Source: Gemmatimonadota bacterium (GTDB taxonomy: Bacteria > Gemmatimonadota > Gemmatimonadetes > Longimicrobiales > Gaopeijiaceae). From it: 64,000 bases of DNA. Under the pieces are notes generated by a model. It was given only the letters and a program-made list of their open reading frames with translations. It had not been told where the DNA came from and made no database searches. The stretch is taken from NCBI GenBank assembly GCA_022827345.1, contig JAJDTB010000015.1:89237-153236 (forward strand). The letters run 5' to 3'. Position numbers and translations under genes: made by a program. How positions within the stretch are numbered: position 1 is the first letter of the stretch; every line of letters starts with the position of its first letter. Of this stretch, positions 57,954-64,000 are shown piece by piece.

Positions 57954-59135
57954 TCACCGGGGAAGCTGGACGACCTCATCCGCCTCGCATCTCTCGGTCT
58001 CCACTCCGTCGAGGAGGTCACGCACTTCAAGCCGATGGAGCTTGAGCAACTGGGCGAGCTGCCCCTCGCTGTAGTAGCCGCGTTTCCATGCCTCGCGCAC
58101 CAGCAACCCCAGCCTTTTCGGGACGTAGTCCCCATCGGAAGTGTCGGCGGCCGGGTGGTGCCAGGTCCCCAGCACGCGGTCCGCTTGCCGGTTGGTGATG
58201 CCCCCGTTCGACTGAAACCAGTCCCAGGTGCCGGTTCGGGCCAGGCCCAGCTCCTCGAGACGGCGCACCATCATTTCGCGCGAGACGGCGAACCGGTCGG
58301 CAAGGAGGATCACGTGGCGGCGGGTCAGATGCGAATGACCGGCGGTCAACTCGTCAAAACGCTGCTTCACGGCCCTCGCCGGAGTCAGCAGGGAGCGCGC
58401 GAAGCAATCCGCGTATCGCTCTTCGCGCGAGCGGGGGCTTTCGTCGGACCAGAGCACGGCGGGCTCTCGCCGGGTTGAGGTAAAGTGCCCGAGCTCATGG
58501 GCGGCGGTGTAGTTCCGCCGGGCCAAGGGGTGACTGGCGTTCAGGAGCACGCAAGCCCCAACGCCGTCGTCGTAGGCGAACAGTCCCGAGATGCGGCTGT
58601 CTAGACGCCGCACATGCACGCGAATGCCCAGGTCCAGTTCCATGATCGACACGATGTCCCTGACCGGGCCGGCTCCCAGCCCGAGCCACACGCGCAGCTC
58701 CTGGGCGTCCTGTTCCGCCTGGATCCCGACATCGCCGGGCAGAATGGGTCTGGCTCGAGGATAGTTCCGGTGCCGGGCAACACCCAGGGCGTTCTCAAGC
58801 TCCACCTCGGCGCTGACGAGACCCGTCAGCAGCTGGGCCGCCTCCTCGGTGCCGTCGTCCGGGCAGCGCGCCAGGCTTCGGAACTGGGGCACGAGACCGA
58901 GGTGGACCGCCTCCCGTCGCAGGATCGCGTTTGCGGAGGTACCGTAACGGATCGCAAGCGCCTGCAGTTCGTGCGTGCGGACTCGCCGCTTCCCCTGTTC
59001 GATGGCGACAAGGGTGGTGCGCGCGATCTCGATCGCCGCAGCCGCTTCAGCTTGGGTGAGCCGCGCCGTCTTGCGGGCGATGCGAAGGCGCTGGCCGATC
59101 TCGCGGTCGCTGGCGCGCGCGGTGATCACGGTCAT
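57954..59135 (-). CDS. Xre-type HTH fused to an ImmA/IrrE-family (COG2856) zinc metallopeptidase
   Basis: N-terminal HTH is IGQRLRIARKTARLTQAEAAAAIEIARTTLVAIEQGKR. The HEXXH motif occurs in YTAAHELGHFTS. Confidence 0.85.
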   Translation of the reverse strand: MTVITARASDREIGQRLRIARKTARLTQAEAAAAIEIARTTLVAIEQGKRRVRTHELQALAIRYGTSANAILRREAVHLGLVPQFRSLARCPDDGTEEAAQLLTGLVSAEVELENALGVARHRNYPRARPILPGDVGIQAEQDAQELRVWLGLGAGPVRDIVSIMELDLGIRVHVRRLDSRISGLFAYDDGVGACVLLNASHPLARRNYTAAHELGHFTSTRREPAVLWSDESPRSREERYADCFARSLLTPARAVKQRFDELTAGHSHLTRRHVILLADRFAVSREMMVRRLEELGLARTGTWDWFQSNGGITNRQADRVLGTWHHPAADTSDGDYVPKRLGLLVREAWKRGYYSEGQLAQLLKLHRLEVRDLLDGVETERCEADEVVQLPR

Positions 59136-59207
59136 CGGTTTCTCCGTCTTCCACGGGCCATCGTTCTCGTACTTCCTCCCTTGGCGGGGAGCGAATCCAC
59201 CAAGAAA

Positions 59208-59244
59208 TGTCAGACACCGTAGTCGTATTATCCGACAATGTCAA
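59208..59244 (-). promoter_or_regulatory. candidate promoter/operator of the Xre-ImmA operon
   Basis: Minus strand has TTGACA (59239-59244), a 17-nt spacer and TACGGT (59216-59221). Two 9-bp palindromes bracket it: TGTCAGACA (59208-59216) and GACAATGTC (59234-59242). Confidence 0.35.
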
Positions 59245-59349
59245 TCCGCGACAGCAGCGTGCAAGCGCAGCCGCAACTACCGCTCGCCCGCCGGCCCGCT
59301 GTAGTATCTTCCTGGACACCCCAAACCGACCCCGCTCGACGCCCGAAGA

Positions 59350-61509
59350 ATGCGCCGCACCGAACCGACTGCCCCCAAACGGCCCCCCGAAGTCTCCTTC
59401 GGCGGGCGTGTCCTCTTTCTGGCGGACGATGCCGACCTGATCCGCCGCCAGCTGCACGAAGGGCTCGACCTGGACCTGACCCCCGAGCTGCAGGCCAGCC
59501 TCCGCCACCAGATCAGCACCGACGAGATCACCCCCGCCTACATCTGCTTCTTCTACGACGAGACGCTGGGCGAATTCCCGTATCTGGGGCTGGAAGTAGC
59601 CAGCCCGAACGGCGGCACCGAGGCCCCCATCGAGCGCGGCACCGTCAAGAACGCCGGCTTCATCTGCTCCGTCGCCGGCAAGCGCCGCGGCAAGGGATCG
59701 AGCCGCGAGCAGAGCCCCTACGCCGAGCTAATGGCCGGCATCAAGGTCGTCGTCAGCGAGAGCATCGAGCGCATCTACAACGAGAACTGCCAGAACCTGG
59801 GGATCCTGACCACGACCGACTTCGGCCTCATCGACCGGATCCGCTCCGGGGAGCCGATTCCGCTGAGCGAGTTCACCGCCGGGACCGACGACATCACGCG
59901 ACAGATCATCGAGTACGGGGGGCTGTTCGAGTTCAACATGGCGAGGATGGCGGGCCAGGTGACGCTGCCGGCGCCGCGCGCGCTGGGCGGTGCTCCCGCA
60001 GGCGACGCAGGGAAGCCGCCAGCCGTCGCGCCGAACGGGCAGCCGGGCGACAGCCGCCGCGCTTCCACCCCCCGCCCCATGACTCTCGGCGAGAAGATCT
60101 TCGCCAGGAAATGGGTCGTCGACGCGGCCGAGGGGCGCATCGGCACCGGCTGGGCCGAGCCCGGCGAGGCGGGATTCTTCCGCGCCGACATCCGCTTCTC
60201 GCACGAGTACGTGACCCCCATGGCCGCCATCTTCTTCGAGCAGAAGCTGGGGGGCGACGCGAAGGTGCTCGACCCGGACACGATCCTGTTTTTCCGCGAC
60301 CACCTGACCTTCCTGCACAAGGTCATGAGCCAGGAGCGGATCGAGCAGGGGCTGCTGGCGGTCGCGAACGAACTGGAGGTCAAGCAGCGCGAGTTCTCCG
60401 AGCGGCAGGGGATCCGGCTGTACGGCGAGCAGCAGGGCCACGTGATGGGCTCCGAGGCGATCTGCCACTCGAAGATCCTGGAGGACTACGCCGAGCCCGG
60501 CATGCTGATCATCGGGACCGATTCGCACACCCCCCATGCGGGCGCGGTTGGGGCGCTGGCATTCGGCGTTGGGACCACGGCGATCTTCAACTCGTGGATC
60601 ACGAAGGACGTGCGGGCGCGGATCCCGCCGTCGTTCAAGGTGGTGGTGGACGGCACGCTGCCCGCGAACTGTACCGCCAAGGACCTCATGCTCGAGATCC
60701 TTCGGCACCCGTATGTGCGGGATGGGCACGCGATCGGCCAGATCATCGAGTACGCGGGCCCGGTCGTGGAGAGGCTCTCTGTGGATGAGAGAGCGACCAT
60801 GACCAACATGGCCGCCGAAGTGGGCGCATTCACGGGTCTGGTCGCGGCCGACGAGAGAACGGTCGAGTTCCTCGTGCGGGAACGCGGCATGCCCCTGGCC
60901 CGCGCCCGGGCGCTGGTCGAGGGGGTGCACAGCGACCCCGGCGCCGAATACGTCAAGATCATCGAGATCGACGCCACGCGGCTGCGTCCCATGGTCGCGC
61001 TCCCCGGCGACCCCGGAAACGGCCTCTACATCGACGAGCTCGCCGACACGGTGCCGATCGAGATCGCCTACGCCGGATCCTGCACGGCCGGCAAGAAGGA
61101 AGACATGGACATGTACGCGCGGGTCTTCCGCGAGGCCCGCGACCACTGGGGGCTCGGCGTCCACCCCGACGTTAGCTGCTACATCCAGTGCGGCTCGACC
61201 GACGTGCGGGAGTACGCGCGCGAGCAGGGGTACCTGGACCTGTTCCGCGAGATCGGCGCCGAGTTCATCGAGCCGGGGTGCGGCGCGTGCATCGCGGCCG
61301 GGCCGGGGGTCACGCGGTCTGCGGAGCAGGTGTCGGTGTCGTCGCAGAACCGCAACTTCCCCGGGCGGAGCGGGCCGGGTCAGCTGTATCTGGTGTCGCC
61401 GTACTCGGTGGCCGCGTCGGCGGTGGCGGGGAGAGTGGTGGGGTGGGAGCCGGGGGCGAGGGTGGAGAGGGCGGGGGCGGGCGGGCCGCGGATGCCGGTG
61501 TTGGTGTAA
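59350..61509 (+). CDS. aconitase/isopropylmalate-isomerase-family hydro-lyase with the swivel (LeuD-like) domain at the N-terminus
   Basis: The N-terminal GKGSSREQSPYAEL is the LeuD/domain-4 GSSRE motif. This is followed by the catalytic GTDSHTPHAG, AYAGSCTAGK, EPGCGACI, and SSQNRNFPGRSG. Confidence 0.85.
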   Translation: MRRTEPTAPKRPPEVSFGGRVLFLADDADLIRRQLHEGLDLDLTPELQASLRHQISTDEITPAYICFFYDETLGEFPYLGLEVASPNGGTEAPIERGTVKNAGFICSVAGKRRGKGSSREQSPYAELMAGIKVVVSESIERIYNENCQNLGILTTTDFGLIDRIRSGEPIPLSEFTAGTDDITRQIIEYGGLFEFNMARMAGQVTLPAPRALGGAPAGDAGKPPAVAPNGQPGDSRRASTPRPMTLGEKIFARKWVVDAAEGRIGTGWAEPGEAGFFRADIRFSHEYVTPMAAIFFEQKLGGDAKVLDPDTILFFRDHLTFLHKVMSQERIEQGLLAVANELEVKQREFSERQGIRLYGEQQGHVMGSEAICHSKILEDYAEPGMLIIGTDSHTPHAGAVGALAFGVGTTAIFNSWITKDVRARIPPSFKVVVDGTLPANCTAKDLMLEILRHPYVRDGHAIGQIIEYAGPVVERLSVDERATMTNMAAEVGAFTGLVAADERTVEFLVRERGMPLARARALVEGVHSDPGAEYVKIIEIDATRLRPMVALPGDPGNGLYIDELADTVPIEIAYAGSCTAGKKEDMDMYARVFREARDHWGLGVHPDVSCYIQCGSTDVREYAREQGYLDLFREIGAEFIEPGCGACIAAGPGVTRSAEQVSVSSQNRNFPGRSGPGQLYLVSPYSVAASAVAGRVVGWEPGARVERAGAGGPRMPVLV

Positions 61510-61736
61510 GGGGCGGCTTCGAGTCTCGTCGGCTCGACCGACGTGCAGGAGTACACGCGCCAGTTGGGGCCTGGACGCGGCATGTAACAAATCGCCGACC
61601 TCGCGGCCACATAATGGACAAGGCACGGCTCTACACATTACCCCAACAGTGAGGCCGGTGTCCCAGGCGAGTAGTCGCCGATACCATGCCGCTCGACAAC
61701 CGGGCGGAATACCCAACCCAATCAAGGAGGCATGCC

Positions 61737-62180
61737 ATGAACGTATGGCGACCCACCACAACGTACCGGCTTGTCATCGGTACGTGTCTCATCTTCCTCG
61801 GAGCCTGCAAGGAGGACAGCATGACCAACGCATCAGATGCACCAGACGACATCCCGGTCGTTACCGAACAGCGCAGGGCGGACGGAACTTTCTCCATCGA
61901 GATTCCCGATGGGGTTGAGCCCGGGACCTACCCCGTCCGATTCGTAGTCAAGGATGTAAATGGGACGGTCACGCACGAAGAGGTGCGGTACGGCCCGCTC
62001 CTGGAGGCAGATGCTGCGCCCATGTCGCCGGAAGACGAGCAGGTCATCCGTGACATTGTACGCGACTTGCGTAAGCGCGGGGATCCGGCAGCCTTTGAGC
62101 GCGATATCAGTAAGCTGGAGAAGATAGGGGTGCCTGCGCGCCTGCTCGTCGACCCCGATCACGAGAGGAGCGGCAAATGA
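61737..62180 (+). CDS. hypothetical lipoprotein
   Basis: MNVWRPTTTYRLVIGTCLIFLGAC contains a lipobox. GGAGG lies upstream of the ATG. Confidence 0.6.
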   Translation: MNVWRPTTTYRLVIGTCLIFLGACKEDSMTNASDAPDDIPVVTEQRRADGTFSIEIPDGVEPGTYPVRFVVKDVNGTVTHEEVRYGPLLEADAAPMSPEDEQVIRDIVRDLRKRGDPAAFERDISKLEKIGVPARLLVDPDHERSGK

Positions 62181-62587
62181 ACGCGTTTCACAGAACATTG
62201 GGCCTGCTCGGGGTGTTGCAGGTGCTCGCCTTGCCTGCGCCGGCTACCGCCGCGTCCGTCTATCCCGCCGCCGGCGAGCTCATGCTTCCAGCCCCCATCT
62301 CGGTCGCGGATGTGGTGGCGGTATCCGCCACCTGTGCGCTGTCCAACGGAACTGCAGTCCCTCAATCAGCAGGTAGGTGCGCGCGCGCGTTGCGCCAAGT
62401 CTGGGAGGCCTGCAGGCCGGGTAACGACGACGACGGCGCATCATCGTGTTCAAGCGCAATATGGGAGGCCGTGACAGCCTGCGCTGCACCCTTTTGGCGA
62501 ATCGCCCGATGCTACATAAGCTCAAACGACATAGGTGAGTTTATCAAGTGCGTCGCCGGGATAGAAGACGACGACGGCTGGGCCTAG
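62177..62587 (+). CDS. hypothetical secreted cysteine-rich protein
   Basis: Signal peptide LGLLGVLQVLALPAPATAAS and 8 Cys in the mature part. Overlaps the upstream gene by 4 nt. Confidence 0.55.
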   Translation: MNAFHRTLGLLGVLQVLALPAPATAASVYPAAGELMLPAPISVADVVAVSATCALSNGTAVPQSAGRCARALRQVWEACRPGNDDDGASSCSSAIWEAVTACAAPFWRIARCYISSNDIGEFIKCVAGIEDDDGWA

Positions 62588-62636
62588 CACCATAGCGGAA
62601 TCCATCAAGTAGACACCGGGCGGGATGGCGCAAAGA

Positions 62637-62673
62637 GGGGCGGGAAAGGAAGCCAATCTTCCTTTCCCGCCCC
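62637..62673 (+). terminator. strong hairpin, intrinsic-terminator candidate
   Basis: GGGGCGGGAAAGGAAG, loop CCAAT, CTTCCTTTCCCGCCCC: a perfect 16-bp stem. The T-tract after it is weak (TGTCGCTTT). Confidence 0.6.
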
Positions 62674-62746
62674 TGTCGCTTTGGACCTGCCCCGCTTTCA
62701 CGGACGGTTAGTTCTTGGGGTTTGCCCGCCTCCCGGCACCGCTTCC

Positions 62747-62986
62747 CTACCCCCCCCGCCTGCGGCCCATAGTTTCAGCGCCGCGGAGTGGCCAGCCCCC
62801 GGATGGCCATGAGTTGTTAGAATGTCCCGCTCCATCCTGGAGCTGCTTGACTTCCCGCTTCAGCTCCCTCATCTCCTTGCGGGCCTCAGTCCTCAGTCCG
62901 TCGCTGCGCCGGCCCTCGTCTGCTTCCCGCCATGGCACAGCTCCTTGGTTGGCACCAATAGAAAAGTATCCGTCATAGCGGGGCAA
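62747..62986 (-). CDS. hypothetical protein downstream of the ECF sigma gene (weak call)
   Basis: The ATG lies 7 nt after the sigma gene stop. Short coiled-coil-like RTEARKEMRELKREVKQLQ. No TM segment or anti-sigma motif seen. A competing plus-strand ORF exists. Confidence 0.3.
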   Translation of the reverse strand: MPRYDGYFSIGANQGAVPWREADEGRRSDGLRTEARKEMRELKREVKQLQDGAGHSNNSWPSGGWPLRGAETMGRRRGG

Positions 62987-62992
62987 CTACAC

Positions 62993-63517
62993 TTAGCCGA
63001 CCAGCAATTGCCTCAACTTCATGACAGCTCGATGACGGTATACTCGGACTGTCCCAGTCGCCATCTCGAGGGCCTCGGCAATTTCAACATCCGACATGCT
63101 CTTTGCAATCATGAGTTGCAGTATTCTGCGCTGCATCTGAGGTAGTGATTCTACAGCTTGTATCAACATTTCAATCCCCGGTTCAGATTTTGCCACAAAA
63201 TCGCTTATATCAACGGAACACAGGGAACAAAAGTCCCTAAAGAGACGTTCGCGCCTTTGACGTTTTCTTGCAATTCGTCGTCCTACATTCCGTGTGACCC
63301 CTGCGAGCCACGCCCCGGGTGTGGTAACATGTTGCAGCGCATGGCGATCCATCCAAGAGACCAATAGTGCTTCCTGTACGATGTCTTCGGCAGTCACCGA
63401 ACGGCCCGCGTACCTGTCGGCCACAGCCAACATCCTCGGGCGATGATCCCTGACCCACTCTGTGAATGCGGCAACACTCCCATCGATTGTACAGGATTGC
63501 TTCCGGGACTGGCACAC
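62993..63517 (-). CDS. ECF-type RNA polymerase sigma factor
   Basis: GTG start 6 nt after AGGAGG. Region 2 is FTEWVRDHRPRMLAVADRYAGRSVTAEDIVQEALLVSW. Region 4 is LPQMQRRILQLMIAKSMSDVEIAEALEMATGTVRVYRHRAVMKLRQLL. Confidence 0.8.
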   Translation of the reverse strand: MCQSRKQSCTIDGSVAAFTEWVRDHRPRMLAVADRYAGRSVTAEDIVQEALLVSWMDRHALQHVTTPGAWLAGVTRNVGRRIARKRQRRERLFRDFCSLCSVDISDFVAKSEPGIEMLIQAVESLPQMQRRILQLMIAKSMSDVEIAEALEMATGTVRVYRHRAVMKLRQLLVG

Positions 63518-64000
63518 TGGACACCTCCTGATCGGACAAGTCGGCAGCAAAAGCCAAACTGGCGCAGCGGGGCCCACGGTCCCCGCGACTCGGTTTGGCA
63601 CAAATACCCCGCTTTCCGGATAAGTTCCTGGTGGAACCACAGGTCCCTTCTCGGGCAGGGTCGTTCCTACACCCCTGAGCCAAGAGATTGCGCAGAGGGA
63701 GTACGCATATCCGCTATCGTTGTCGATGCCCCTCGGAGTTGCACCGCGAGAGTGAAGTACGGCTTCCCAGATCCGACCAGCAGAGACGGGTTCGATTTCC
63801 ACCGGCAGAGCCGTGAGGCTGTTGCGGATTCTCGTCCATTCGTTCCTGGCGATCCGGCATCGGCTGGTAGCAACCCGGAGCACGTTCCCTACTGCAAAGG
63901 TGACGGCGCAAGTGGCGGCCCTGCGTCACCAGCGAGGCGCGTCCCGCTCGGGGCAGCCGAGGCTTCGGCCCGTGTCGTCGAACAGCGCCAATCAGCGTTT

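Noticed and set aside
61570-61640. Scattered motif-like pieces (CATGTAACA, ACATAATG, ACACATTAC) downstream of the aconitase-family gene
   Set aside because: The pieces are not in the palindrome's spacing or order. This is probably just AT-richer acquired DNA.
62715-62978. 87-aa plus-strand ORF opposite the small ORF downstream of the ECF sigma gene
   Set aside because: Neither strand gives a recognisable protein. I kept only the minus-strand ORF as a weak call because of its operon-like position.
63518-63883. N-terminal 122-codon extension of the ECF sigma ORF
   Set aside because: Sigma region 2 begins right after an internal GTG preceded by AGGAGG. The extension has no sigma or other motifs and an odd composition.

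Overview
High-GC bacterial chromosomal window (roughly 65-70% GC by eye) covering the replication-origin neighbourhood. On the minus strand are mnmG (partial), mnmE, yidC, yidD, rnpA and rpmH. Divergent from them are dnaA and dnaN, with a DnaA-box/AT-rich oriC candidate in the dnaA-dnaN spacer. The next ~30 kb is mostly housekeeping, envelope and regulatory genes: pyrE, an NtrB/NtrC-like two-component operon, tdh-kbl, an ECF sigma/anti-sigma/Spy operon, queE, gyrA, a decarboxylase-CPBP-MOSC operon, a paaABC-like cluster without a reductase, and pfkA. From ~35.7 to ~44.6 kb lies a mosaic accessory island scarred by three related tyrosine-integrase copies: one intact, one multiply frameshifted, one 3' remnant. 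It has inverted and direct repeats derived from integrase flanks, a HicAB module, and an orphan ~1,000-aa protein next to a 226-aa tandem-repeat protein. That gene pair is my best candidate for an undescribed system. Downstream are a beta-propeller lipoprotein, a TPR protein, a PIG-L deacetylase, a BMP-type ABC importer, an SNF transporter, an Xre-ImmA plus PIN module, an aconitase-family protein with the LeuD-like domain N-terminal of the LeuC-like part, and a visibly lower-GC tail with an ECF sigma factor. The strongest non-genic signal is a ~39-bp AT-rich palindrome, present as 4 full copies plus 1 copy truncated at the island junction. It overlaps promoter-like -35/-10 hexamers. I saw no rRNA, tRNA or CRISPR. 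Many long ORFs in the track are GC-driven shadow ORFs, and several true genes start well inside their listed ORF. All coordinates and alignments were done by eye without tools.
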